A stretch of DNA of 64,000 nt from Candidatus Phycocordibacter aenigmaticus (GCA_002327585.1 DCWL01000011.1:8746-72745); one strand, 5' to 3'; shown: positions 9,585 through 18,384, numbered from the stretch's first letter. Made by a program: numbers and translations. The notes: generated by a model not told the origin, from the sequence alone.

Positions 9585-9659
9585 TGGTGACTCCACGGGG
9601 AATCGAACCCCGATTACCAGCTTGAGAAGCTGATGTCCTAACCGTTAGACGATGGAGCC
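9585..9659 (-). tRNA. tRNA-Glu (anticodon CUC), CCA encoded
   Basis: Reverse complement is GGCTCCATCGTCTAACGGTTAGGACATCAGCTTCTCAAGCTGGTAATCGGGGTTCGATTCCCCGTGGAGTCACCA. It folds as a cloverleaf with anticodon loop TTCTCAA and resembles bacterial tRNA-Glu (UCGUCUA..GGUUAGGACA). Confidence 0.85.
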
Positions 9660-9682
9660 TTGAATAGAAATATATCAATAAT

Positions 9683-10975
9683 TTATCTTATCTGCCACTC
9701 TTCTCCCTGTCTCACCAAAAGTCTGTATTTCTTTTCAGGGTATGCCATTACCTTCTCAACAATTCTCTCCATCCTCACCGACTGCGAGCCTTTTATGAGA
9801 GTTATGTCGCCGTCGTTAAGTATTGCCGCAAGTTTTTCTCCTGCGCTTTTTGAATCATTGAACTGAAAAATTTCCTTCTTTTTCATTTTGTTCTCCATTG
9901 CACCTTGTGCAATATATTTGGCGCGTATACCCACTGTGATTAAAATATCCGCAGCCTCTGCCGCAAGCTTTCCGGCATTTATATGCGACTCTACGGAATG
10001 ACTTCCCAGCTCCATCATATCTCCAAGCACTGCAATTTTTTTTCCTGAGGAATTTATTGACTTGAAAGTATTAAGTGCTTCTTTGAGCGCCACAGGAGAT
10101 GAATTGTAGCTGTCATCTATAATAAGCGAATCATTGATTCCTTCAATGAGCTTCATTCTTCCGGCAGGAGTCTCGTGTTTTTCAAGCGCCTGCCCCATTG
10201 AAGCAATATTAAGTCCTTGGGAGACACCTGCTGCAAGTGCGGAGAGTATCGGATAAATATGCTGTTTGCCCAACACCCCTTCTATCTCAACAGGCACGCT
10301 CACACTGTTATAGTCAACACGAAATGATATGCCACTTGGAAATCTCTCTTTATACAAAATATTATAATTTGAACCGATAATGCTTGAACCAGGAGAATTT
10401 CCGTATGCATAGACTTTTCTCTCTCCGACAAGAGACTTCAGTGCAAGGGTTTTCTTCTCATCTGCATTTACTATAAACGCTCCGTCATCCTTAAGAGCCT
10501 TTACCAAATGGCTTTTCTCTTCTATCACATCTTGTGCTGAATCAAAGAATTCTATATGTACGGGAACATCAGGCAAATGGGTCATTACGACAACATCAGG
10601 TTTGAGCCAGCGGGAAATACTTTTTATATCCCCCGGTCTGTCGGCCCCGACCTCAAGGACAAGCCATTTGGGATAATGGTTCTTTAAAACAATCAATTTC
10701 AGAGCGTCAATGATATTTTGCATCCACAAAAAGAAATCCGACCATGCATTCGGGAGGCCCAGGATTGTAAGAGGAATGCCGATTTCACTGTTAAAGCTCA
10801 TCTGGCTTTTGCGTACAAAAAAAGCCGAACTCAACACTGTATAGACAGCATCTTTTGAAATTGTTTTTCCGATATTTCCCGTAATTGCAACAATGCGAGG
10901 ATTATATTTCTTCAAGACGATTCTTGCCTCAAGTGTAAGAATAAAAATTATTATTTTTTTAAAAATTTGTTTCAT
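9683..10975 (-). CDS. murF: UDP-N-acetylmuramoyl-tripeptide--D-alanyl-D-alanine ligase (Mur ligase family, MurF-like)
   Basis: 430 aa with a Mur-ligase central domain (GNIGKTISKD P-loop, DDSYNSSP) and a C-terminal domain. It is the last gene of the mraZ-rsmH-ftsL-ftsI block. Confidence 0.8.
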   Translation of the reverse strand: MKQIFKKIIIFILTLEARIVLKKYNPRIVAITGNIGKTISKDAVYTVLSSAFFVRKSQMSFNSEIGIPLTILGLPNAWSDFFLWMQNIIDALKLIVLKNHYPKWLVLEVGADRPGDIKSISRWLKPDVVVMTHLPDVPVHIEFFDSAQDVIEEKSHLVKALKDDGAFIVNADEKKTLALKSLVGERKVYAYGNSPGSSIIGSNYNILYKERFPSGISFRVDYNSVSVPVEIEGVLGKQHIYPILSALAAGVSQGLNIASMGQALEKHETPAGRMKLIEGINDSLIIDDSYNSSPVALKEALNTFKSINSSGKKIAVLGDMMELGSHSVESHINAGKLAAEAADILITVGIRAKYIAQGAMENKMKKKEIFQFNDSKSAGEKLAAILNDGDITLIKGSQSVRMERIVEKVMAYPEKKYRLLVRQGEEWQIR

Positions 10976-10982
10976 CTACATT

Positions 10983-12686
10983 TTATCTATCAGGGGGTAT
11001 TTCGTAATAATTGATCAAAAACTTTACAATATCCATAAACGGATGTGTCAGAGTCTGCGAGGCATATTTTACTTCTTTTGGCTCCAGAGTATATAGGAAT
11101 ATCAGATACTGTGCATCATAAGCGGGGAAATAGCCGAAGAATGAATGAAGGAATCTGTCGTCGTAGTATCCGCCCACGGAAGCAATTTGCGCTGTCCCCG
11201 TCTTTGCCGCAATGCTGTAATTAGGAAGCTTCACCGTCCCTTCCAAAAGAGCGTTATCAACGACACTTACAAGCATTCTTGTTATCTCCTCTGCGCTCTC
11301 CTGTTTCAGTATCCTCTGCCCATCATTAGACGATACTTTTTTTGAAAGTCCTGATGTATATTTTATTTTTTTTGCAATACGTGGAGTTACAAGCACTCCG
11401 CCGTTTGCAAGGACTGAAAGCCCTCTTATGGTTGCAATAGGCGTCGTCGCAATTCCTTGTCCAAATGACGCTGTGGCATATTCAAGATCCCTTGGCTCAT
11501 ACAAGTTCTTCACAATCCCCGCAGATTCATTTGGAAGGTCAATTCCCGTCTCTTCTCCGATTCCGTAATTAATCATATAGTTTGCAAATACTCTGTTGCC
11601 TATTTTACTCGCAACAAATGAAGCTCCGGTGTTGAGCGATTGATTGAGCACTTCCTGCATTGAAACACGCCCGCGCCCCTTTCCGTCAAAGTTTGAGATT
11701 GTGGAGCCATCAAGTTCAATACTTCCTGCGTCATAATATGTAGTTGTTGCGGTAATTGCACCGGAATCAATGCCGGCTGCCATTGTAAGGGGCTTTATGA
11801 TAGAGCCCATCTCATACACGCTTTCAACAATAGGATTTGAAAATACAGACGGGTTCTCCACCTTCTGAAAACTATTGAGATTGAAAGAAGGATTCACTCC
11901 TATTGCCTGTATCTCTCCATTTTGGGGGTTTATTATCACACCGGCAGTAAGTTTTGAGTTCCATTTTTCACTTACTTCATCCAGTTTATTTTCAAGGAAA
12001 AGCTGAACTGAGGGTTCAATGGAGGTGATAACATCGCCGGAGCGATTGCCGTTTTTAAACACCGTGCTATTTATATTGGCAAAAATCCCCGCAAAGAAAT
12101 TGACATAGATTTCATCTTCTCCCCGTTCCAGCGTATCCTCGTAATATCTTTCAAGCCCGTATCTTCCGGAGAATTCATCTCCTATAAAACCCACAAAGCC
12201 GAGCGTCTGGGAGGCCATATCATTCCCTGGATAGAATCTCCATCTGTCTTTGTAAATGTTGATACCGTCAATTTCCAGATCGGAAATTCTATACGCTCTT
12301 TCTTCATCTATATGTTTTGCAATTTCTTCATATGTGTCATCCTTTTTGCCAGCGCGAAAAAAAAACGAATCCTCGTCAATGTCAATTATCTCTGAAAGTT
12401 TCTCGTATGCACTCTTTGGGTCAACAAGGATTTTAGGGTTTATGGCTACTATAAATCCTGATTTGAGAGTTGCTCCAGATACCAGCGTACCATTTTTATC
12501 CTGCAAAAAAATAGACCCTCTACTGTAGAGGCTCTGATTTGGTCTGGTGTATTGCCTGTCGGCCTCATCGCTGTACTCTCCACCGTGCATTACCTGCACA
12601 AAATACAATCGCCCCACAAGGACGAGTCCCAGAAAAAATATTATTATGGAGATTATGCGAATTCTTCTCAAAAATTCTGGTTTCAT
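10983..12686 (-). CDS. ftsI: Penicillin-binding protein, transpeptidase (FtsI/PBP3-like)
   Basis: 567 aa with an N-terminal TM, a PBP dimerisation domain, and a transpeptidase domain carrying a GSIIKP (SxxK) motif. It sits in dcw-cluster context. Confidence 0.8.
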   Translation of the reverse strand: MKPEFLRRIRIISIIIFFLGLVLVGRLYFVQVMHGGEYSDEADRQYTRPNQSLYSRGSIFLQDKNGTLVSGATLKSGFIVAINPKILVDPKSAYEKLSEIIDIDEDSFFFRAGKKDDTYEEIAKHIDEERAYRISDLEIDGINIYKDRWRFYPGNDMASQTLGFVGFIGDEFSGRYGLERYYEDTLERGEDEIYVNFFAGIFANINSTVFKNGNRSGDVITSIEPSVQLFLENKLDEVSEKWNSKLTAGVIINPQNGEIQAIGVNPSFNLNSFQKVENPSVFSNPIVESVYEMGSIIKPLTMAAGIDSGAITATTTYYDAGSIELDGSTISNFDGKGRGRVSMQEVLNQSLNTGASFVASKIGNRVFANYMINYGIGEETGIDLPNESAGIVKNLYEPRDLEYATASFGQGIATTPIATIRGLSVLANGGVLVTPRIAKKIKYTSGLSKKVSSNDGQRILKQESAEEITRMLVSVVDNALLEGTVKLPNYSIAAKTGTAQIASVGGYYDDRFLHSFFGYFPAYDAQYLIFLYTLEPKEVKYASQTLTHPFMDIVKFLINYYEIPPDR

Positions 12687-12711
12687 CTATATACTATAGC
12701 CTAGGTAGGTT

Positions 12712-13035
12712 CTAATTTCCAAGATTTAAAGCAGTGCCTTTTCTGGCAAGCGATTTTTTTGCTACAAATTTTTTCTTTTTCAATATTTTAAATCCAGTAG
12801 ATTTTGCAAATTCAATGTCAATGGCGTCTTTGTGTACTATATATCTGGTTTCAAGCTCACTTATAGTTGAGCTTACAGCGGCGACATCGCCGTTAATCTC
12901 TTCCCTTACTATTACATTGACTATTGATTTGCTTATGAAATATAAGTACAGGCCGAACAATATGAGAATTATGAAGACAAGCACTACAAATGCCCTTTTT
13001 TCAAATTTATTTATTTGTATCGCACGTGTAGTCAT
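12712..13035 (-). CDS. ftsL: FtsL-like small bitopic membrane protein
   Basis: 107 aa with a single TM, positioned between rsmH and ftsI as ftsL typically is. Assigned by context rather than homology. Confidence 0.5.
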   Translation of the reverse strand: MTTRAIQINKFEKRAFVVLVFIILILFGLYLYFISKSIVNVIVREEINGDVAAVSSTISELETRYIVHKDAIDIEFAKSTGFKILKKKKFVAKKSLARKGTALNLGN

Positions 13036-13036
13036 T

Positions 13037-13945
13037 TTATTTTTTTTGAAATACTCTTAGTTTTGCGCTGCGCGAGCGGGGATTTCTCTTTATCTCATCC
13101 TCGCTTGGTATTATTGGTTTTTTAGTAATCACCTCACCCTCACCTTCCTGCTTTTTATTATTAAAAAAACGCTTTACTATCCTATCTTCAATGCTGTGGA
13201 ATGATATGACTGCTATCCTCCCTTCTGCTTTTAATACATAAAGTGCCTTCCCCAGTGCCTCCTTCAAAGCCCCTATTTCGTCGTTTACCGTGATTCTGAG
13301 GGCCTGAAATGTCTTCGTTGCAAAATGTATCTTCTTGTGCTTGTACCAGTTTGGAACGGCTTTATCTATCACCTCCACCAGATCACGTGTCGTCTCAATC
13401 GGCATATCATCTCTCAACTCAACAATTTTCTTAGCAATCTGTCTTGAAAATTTCTCTTCACCATATCCATATAAAATATCTGCTATACTTTCCTCTTCCC
13501 AGCTGCCCAATATCTCTTTTGCGGTCAAATCTTTCTCGTCAGGACTTTCTTTGAAAGTCATTAAAAGTGGTTCATTTTTCTGAAAAGAAAATCCTCTGCC
13601 TGCGCAGGCAGGTTGCTTTGATTCTTCAAGCTGATCTGAACTGAAACCGAGGTCAAATAATACTGCATCAACTTTCTCAATACCAGCCTTTTTTAAAACT
13701 TTATCTAAATCTCTGAAATTCTTTTGCTCTAAAATTATATTACACTTTCCATCTTTCAGTTTTGCTTTTGCTCCGTCCAATGCTCTCCGGTCAAGATCGA
13801 TGCCGATAAGTGTTCCTGTACTTCCAATCAATTTACAAATCTCTCTTGCATGCCCTCCGCCTCCAATTGTGGTATCAATTGCCGTGTCTCCTTTTTTAAG
13901 ATTCAGAGACTCTATAACTTCTTGTAAAAGAACGGGGATGTGCAT
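13037..13945 (-). CDS. rsmH: 16S rRNA (cytosine1402-N4)-methyltransferase RsmH (MraW)
   Basis: 302 aa starting MHIPVLLQEV with the SAM motif DTTIGGGGH. Confidence 0.9.
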   Translation of the reverse strand: MHIPVLLQEVIESLNLKKGDTAIDTTIGGGGHAREICKLIGSTGTLIGIDLDRRALDGAKAKLKDGKCNIILEQKNFRDLDKVLKKAGIEKVDAVLFDLGFSSDQLEESKQPACAGRGFSFQKNEPLLMTFKESPDEKDLTAKEILGSWEEESIADILYGYGEEKFSRQIAKKIVELRDDMPIETTRDLVEVIDKAVPNWYKHKKIHFATKTFQALRITVNDEIGALKEALGKALYVLKAEGRIAVISFHSIEDRIVKRFFNNKKQEGEGEVITKKPIIPSEDEIKRNPRSRSAKLRVFQKK

Positions 13946-13946
13946 A

Positions 13947-14381
13947 TTAGAGGATACCGATCTCTCCGAGCTTCTCTGCCAGTCTCTCTGCTCGCTTTTC
14001 TATATTCTCCTTGTACTGAGTCCACGCTTTCTCATTCCATATTTCAACTCTGCTATGAATGCCTGCAAGGACAACTTTATTCCCCAAATTAGCAAAGTTT
14101 TTAAGGAAATCGGGAATCAATACCCTTCCCGCCGAATCAACATCAACCTCGACGGCACCCGAAAGCATAAAACGGTTGAAACCTCTTGTGTCTGCTCCTC
14201 CCATGGGAAGCTCACCAATCTTTTTTGAAATTTTTTCCCACTCTTTGATGGAATATACGAACAGACAATTATCGAGTCCTCTTGTGACAACAACTCTCTT
14301 TCCAAATTCCCTGCGGAACTTTGATGGCAGTGAAATTCGTTTTTTTGTGTCAAGTGTGTGCGTGTATTCGCCAATAAGCAT
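13947..14381 (-). CDS. mraZ: Transcriptional regulator MraZ
   Basis: 144 aa with duplicated MraZ/SpoVT-AbrB halves (DTKKRISLP ... DSAGRVLIP). Confidence 0.9.
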   Translation of the reverse strand: MLIGEYTHTLDTKKRISLPSKFRREFGKRVVVTRGLDNCLFVYSIKEWEKISKKIGELPMGGADTRGFNRFMLSGAVEVDVDSAGRVLIPDFLKNFANLGNKVVLAGIHSRVEIWNEKAWTQYKENIEKRAERLAEKLGEIGIL

Positions 14382-14500
14382 GGTAAATTTTTCATTTTTC
14401 TTTAATTTTGGAAATCGTCGTCCGGCATCTGAGGACGATCTTCACAGATGCCGAACTCTTAAAAATACAAAGTATGGCAAGTGTATTTTTTTTAATTTCC

Positions 14501-14531
14501 TGGGATGTGGTCTTAACCCACTTCATCCCAC
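14501..14531 (-). promoter_or_regulatory. Candidate MraZ operator: GTGGG direct repeats with 10-bp periodicity upstream of mraZ
   Basis: The plus strand has CCCAC at 14517-14521 and 14527-14531, giving GTGGGa-N4-GTGGGt on the mraZ coding strand, plus an inverted TGGGA at 14501. Known MraZ boxes are TGGGN/GTGGG direct repeats. Confidence 0.3.
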
Positions 14532-14706
14532 CAGAAGTTTAATATATAACACTCTGCCCCACATAGCAAAAGGAGTTATCCACAGAAAAGATCTGTGGAA
14601 TCCCATGCTTTTCTTTTTTATAGGTATTTGTTACTATTTGCTTAGATTTTAGAGCTTTGATGCTGATTTACTTTAGATCGTTAACATAAATTAAAGGGAG
14701 GGATTT

Positions 14707-15222
14707 ATGATTTTATACAGGATTAAATATTATGAGAATGAAGAAAATTTAATATGTATATTTGTTGACAAACAATTGCGTAAAAAGGCTAAATATGTTG
14801 GCATTGAAAACATGTATTGCAAGGAAGATGAGGAGAAAGATGATGAAGAAGAAAAATCTTTTTGTGGACAAGATAGCCAAAACAACAACAATGAGGAAGA
14901 AGACGACGAAGATGAAGAACTTCAGTCATTAAAAAGTGAGTTGTTGCATATACACGGAATGGAGGAATTATTATCCATAAGGCGCCACAGAATAATCTTT
15001 ATTAAAGGGGATATATTCAAACGAGAAAATATTGTGCACGATATTCTAATGGTTTTACTGCAGAGATTTGATTCAAAAGAAGGAGTTGCTAAAGAGATTA
15101 AGCTTCCTATGATAATCAACAAAAAAGGAGAAGTGGTTAAAAGAAGAAAGACAAAGAAAAAGATAAAATTAAACTCTGTTACGCTTTATTCCGGAAAGAA
15201 GAAAAAGAAAGTTAGAAAATAA
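14707..15222 (+). CDS. Hypothetical protein with an acidic central stretch and a lysine-rich C-terminal tail
   Basis: 171 aa with a strong RBS (AAGGGAGGgatttATG) and its own terminator. It is a lone plus-strand gene in a minus-strand block. No recognisable family. Confidence 0.55.
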   Translation: MILYRIKYYENEENLICIFVDKQLRKKAKYVGIENMYCKEDEEKDDEEEKSFCGQDSQNNNNEEEDDEDEELQSLKSELLHIHGMEELLSIRRHRIIFIKGDIFKRENIVHDILMVLLQRFDSKEGVAKEIKLPMIINKKGEVVKRRKTKKKIKLNSVTLYSGKKKKKVRK

Positions 15223-15245
15223 TATTAAAATCTTTACATAATACA

Positions 15246-15280
15246 AAAGCATCTATGTTTTACAGGATGCTTTTTTATAT
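15246..15280. terminator. Rho-independent, bidirectional terminator shared by the 14707 gene and the class I lysS
   Basis: Hairpin AAGCATC-N12-GATGCTT followed by TTTTT on the plus strand, with an A-run on the other side. Coordinates are approximate; there is a local 1-nt discrepancy between my count and the ORF track here. Confidence 0.5.
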
Positions 15281-16900
15281 CACCTCCCCTAGTCTCCTTT
15301 CAAGAAACTCCCTGTCCAACACGCTTAAAAACCATCCTGCTTTAGGACCACTGTCCTTCCCAAGAAATGAGATATATATTGCACTGAATAATTCTTTTGG
15401 TTCAATACCCGATTCCTTTCTGATTTCATGGATTTTGCTGTGAAGCTCCTGCCCATCTAGATCCTTCTGTAATTTTATATATTCTAACATTTTACCAAGT
15501 ACTTGCTTTTGTTCATCTGATAAAGAACTTGCTTGCTTGGGCACTTCATCTCTCTGTAGTTCATATTTATACTTCTCAGGCGCATACGCCTTAAGCCAGT
15601 TGCCTGCATACGCTGCCCTTGATGAAATCTCTTTTTTATCTTCATTGGTTAAAGAACTGCCTTTCATCTTTTCAACTTCCTTTTCAATATCCATGTGGGG
15701 CATCTGCACAAGAAAAGCAATTTGGGAAAAACGAGGGAGAAATTTTCTCTCTATATTTCCTCTCTCAGACGGTGGATGGATAAGTGAAAATAATCTTGCA
15801 TCATCGTCTTTTGCATCTTCAAAGTATTTCTCTGCAATTCTGTCCATAGTGTCGTAAAGGACGGGAATTGTATCGCCATCAGGTTCAAAATCAATTGCCT
15901 GCTTGTAGTCTTTGCCGATAAGGGCAAGGCGAAATAGCTCTTTAGGTAAAAGATCTGATATTTCTTTTGCGGACGATCCTTTCCCTTTTGATGAAGACAT
16001 CTTTCTGCCTCCAACAAGGAAAAATTCATATGGAATGTCAAATGGCGGTTTATAATCAAGTATTTCACGGGAAATATGATTTGCTATATCACGTGATCCT
16101 CCTTTTGTAGAATGGTCTTTGCCGCTTCCCTCTATATCAACCTCAAGGACTTTAAACTTAGCGGCCCATTCCACTTTCCACGGCAGTTTTGCATTGCCGT
16201 CAAACGGCGATATTCTACCCCGATAATTACAGCCTTTTGCCCACGGAACCTGTCCCTCCATACATATATATTCAACTTCCTTCCCGTCAAAGGAAATCGT
16301 CTTTGTTGTACTAATCTTTCCGCATTTCTCACATATTACAGAGAGAGGAAGCCAGTCATCTTCCTTTACCGATCCGGAGATTTCTTTGTAAATGGATCTT
16401 ATCTCTTTCGCTTTTACAAGTACAGATGAAATCGCATCATTCATTTTTCCTGATTTATATAATTCACTTACTCTGTAATACTCCGGAAAAAAATCAGATT
16501 TTTCTATGATATTAATAAATTCAGTGGCAAAATATTCTGCAAAATTCTTCGCCTTCCCGTCAGGCGAAGGCACAGAGTAAAGTGGCATGCCCATATATTT
16601 GCCAAACTTTTCTTCATCAAGAAAGGACGGCATATCGTCCATCGGGTCAAAGTCGTTTATTTCATAGAGAAACTTATTCTTAATTCCATTTTCAGAAAGA
16701 ATTTCTGATATAATGCCGTGGACTGCAACACCACGCATTGAGCCTACATGGATTCTTCCAGATGCTGTTTTTTCATCTCTTATGATAAGAGGTTTGCCTG
16801 ATTTAATGCATTTCTCCAGATTAACTTTGATTTGATTGGTTATTTTATCTCCCCAAAACATAAGCTTCAGATTATCATACCATATATTGACTAAACTCAT
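15275..16900 (-). CDS. lysS: Lysyl-tRNA synthetase, class I (LysRS-I)
   Basis: 541 aa with the class I signatures HVGS (HIGH-like, ...GRIHVGSMRG) and KMSSSKG (KMSKS), plus Cys-rich zinc-site segments. Length and motifs match archaeal/spirochaetal LysRS-I rather than ArgRS or the class II LysS. Confidence 0.75.
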   Translation of the reverse strand: MSLVNIWYDNLKLMFWGDKITNQIKVNLEKCIKSGKPLIIRDEKTASGRIHVGSMRGVAVHGIISEILSENGIKNKFLYEINDFDPMDDMPSFLDEEKFGKYMGMPLYSVPSPDGKAKNFAEYFATEFINIIEKSDFFPEYYRVSELYKSGKMNDAISSVLVKAKEIRSIYKEISGSVKEDDWLPLSVICEKCGKISTTKTISFDGKEVEYICMEGQVPWAKGCNYRGRISPFDGNAKLPWKVEWAAKFKVLEVDIEGSGKDHSTKGGSRDIANHISREILDYKPPFDIPYEFFLVGGRKMSSSKGKGSSAKEISDLLPKELFRLALIGKDYKQAIDFEPDGDTIPVLYDTMDRIAEKYFEDAKDDDARLFSLIHPPSERGNIERKFLPRFSQIAFLVQMPHMDIEKEVEKMKGSSLTNEDKKEISSRAAYAGNWLKAYAPEKYKYELQRDEVPKQASSLSDEQKQVLGKMLEYIKLQKDLDGQELHSKIHEIRKESGIEPKELFSAIYISFLGKDSGPKAGWFLSVLDREFLERRLGEVI

Positions 16901-16963
16901 AAAGCATAGTAATCTCTACTGAGTAAATTTAGATTTTCTGACAAGATAAAAAGGGGGGATCTG

Positions 16964-17164
16964 ATGGTAGAAATTTATTCAAAATTTAGAGAAGGAGGCT
17001 TGTTAATTTTAGGAGGAATCCGTGCGGTCTGGGAGGATAAATTAATAATAGTATATGTGTTCGTTGCTATTATGTCTGTTTTTACTATAATTTTGTTGTT
17101 TTTCTTCTTTTTTATTAAAAGATTATTCTGTGAACCAAGAACATTTTTTAAAACCTTCCAATAA
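16964..17164 (+). CDS. Small hydrophobic protein, 66 aa
   Basis: One predicted TM (VFVAIMSVFTIILLFFFFFI). A terminator hairpin overlaps its stop codon. Confidence 0.35.
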   Translation: MVEIYSKFREGGLLILGGIRAVWEDKLIIVYVFVAIMSVFTIILLFFFFFIKRLFCEPRTFFKTFQ

Positions 17165-17190
17165 TCTTACGATTATTGAAAGGTTTTTTT
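17152..17190. terminator. Bidirectional rho-independent terminator
   Basis: AACCTTCCAATAATC ttac GATTATTGAAAGGTT followed by a T-run. It sits between the convergent 16964 ORF and the UDG gene. Confidence 0.5.
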
Positions 17191-17770
17191 ATTTTATATC
17201 TTTTAAAATCTTAAAATCTTTTTCAAGCGTCTTAATGAGATCGCGATTGTAGATTGCTGCTGCGGGATGATAAAGCGGAACGATTTTTACACCATTTGCA
17301 TCAAATAATTTACCGTGCATTAAACTTATTGTCCTAAGTTCACCTTCGAGCCCGAACTTTTTCATAATATATTCCATTGAATGTCGCCCAAGAGTTGCGA
17401 TAACTTTCGGCTCAATAATTTTTATCTGCCTGTCCAGAAACTGTCCATAAATCTTAATTTCTTCCGGAAGAGGGTCCCTATTGTTCTGAGGTCTGTCTTT
17501 TACTATATTTGTTACATAGACATCCCCGCGGGGTATTTGAATTGAGAAAAGCAAGTCATCCAAGATCTTCCCCGCTGCACCGCAAAACGGTCTGCCTGTC
17601 TTTGCTTCATTTCTCCCCGGCGCTTCGCCTATAAATAAAATGTTAGCATTGTGACTTCCTTCCCCGAGTACAGGGAAAAATCCGTTTTCTGTCCTGTATT
17701 TATATAGAGGCGAATTTTTTAATTCAAACACTTCGTCTCTTATTTCTTTCATTTTCTCTGTTTTGTTCAT
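17189..17770 (-). CDS. Uracil-DNA glycosylase, family 4
   Basis: 193 aa with the GEAPG motif, PFCGAAGKILDDLL, and a C-terminal HPAAAIY, all family 4 UDG signatures. Confidence 0.8.
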   Translation of the reverse strand: MNKTEKMKEIRDEVFELKNSPLYKYRTENGFFPVLGEGSHNANILFIGEAPGRNEAKTGRPFCGAAGKILDDLLFSIQIPRGDVYVTNIVKDRPQNNRDPLPEEIKIYGQFLDRQIKIIEPKVIATLGRHSMEYIMKKFGLEGELRTISLMHGKLFDANGVKIVPLYHPAAAIYNRDLIKTLEKDFKILKDIK

Positions 17771-18384
17771 GTAATTAATGGCACAAAAGCAAATCCTTTG
17801 TATTTTTTAATATCATTATCGCTCTCAAGTTTCTTAATCTGCCATACTTCATCATATATCGGAATGACCATTGTCCCCCCGATTTTCAATTGTTCCAGAA
17901 GTTTTTTCGGAAGATCCTCTGCTGCAGCTGAAACAAGGATTTTATCAAAAGGCGCTTTTTTTGGAAGTCCTATTTCTTTATCTGCTTTCAGTATTTCGAC
18001 ATTTTTGAAATCATATTTTTTAAGATTTTTCTTTCCAAGTTGGACAAGTTCAGGAATAATTTCAACACCGATTACCCCGCCTTTCTCTCCAACAAGACGT
18101 GCAAGAAGCGCCGTCGTCCATCCTGAGCCTGCGCCGATATCAAGAATATTCTCTCCCTCCTGTGGATCAAGAAGCTCGAGCATAAACGCTACAGTCGTCG
18201 GTTGTGAAATTGTCTGCCTAGAGTCGCCAAGCGGAAGTGGGTAATCCTCATATGCCTCCTCAACATAATCCTCTGGCACGAAATCTTTCCTGTCTATAGC
18301 AACAAAAGCATCTTTAAGTGCACCTGTCTGAAGCACTCTTGTCCCGTTCTCAAGATGGTTTATTAATTCTTTTTTAGTTAGCAT
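17767..18384 (-). CDS. pcm: Protein-L-isoaspartate O-methyltransferase
   Basis: 205 aa with TISQPTTVAFMLELL and the SAM motif LDIGAGSGW. Its stop overlaps the UDG start. Confidence 0.85.
   Translation of the reverse strand: MLTKKELINHLENGTRVLQTGALKDAFVAIDRKDFVPEDYVEEAYEDYPLPLGDSRQTISQPTTVAFMLELLDPQEGENILDIGAGSGWTTALLARLVGEKGGVIGVEIIPELVQLGKKNLKKYDFKNVEILKADKEIGLPKKAPFDKILVSAAAEDLPKKLLEQLKIGGTMVIPIYDEVWQIKKLESDNDIKKYKGFAFVPLIT

Noticed and set aside
9297-9585. Possibility that the tRNA-Glu downstream spacer encodes tmRNA, RNase P RNA, SRP RNA or 6S RNA
   Set aside because: No match was found to the conserved cores I can recall: tmRNA GGGG...UCCACCA ends and tag ORF, RNase P P4 helix motifs, the SRP GGAAGCAGCC domain IV. 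It is left as an unexplained tract rather than a named ncRNA.
14574-14582. Perfect DnaA box TTATCCACA interpreted as an origin of replication
   Set aside because: A single 9-mer is expected by chance about once per 64 kb on two strands. There is no cluster of boxes, no DUE, and no dnaA or dnaN in the window. It is kept only as a minor note in the mraZ-upstream finding.
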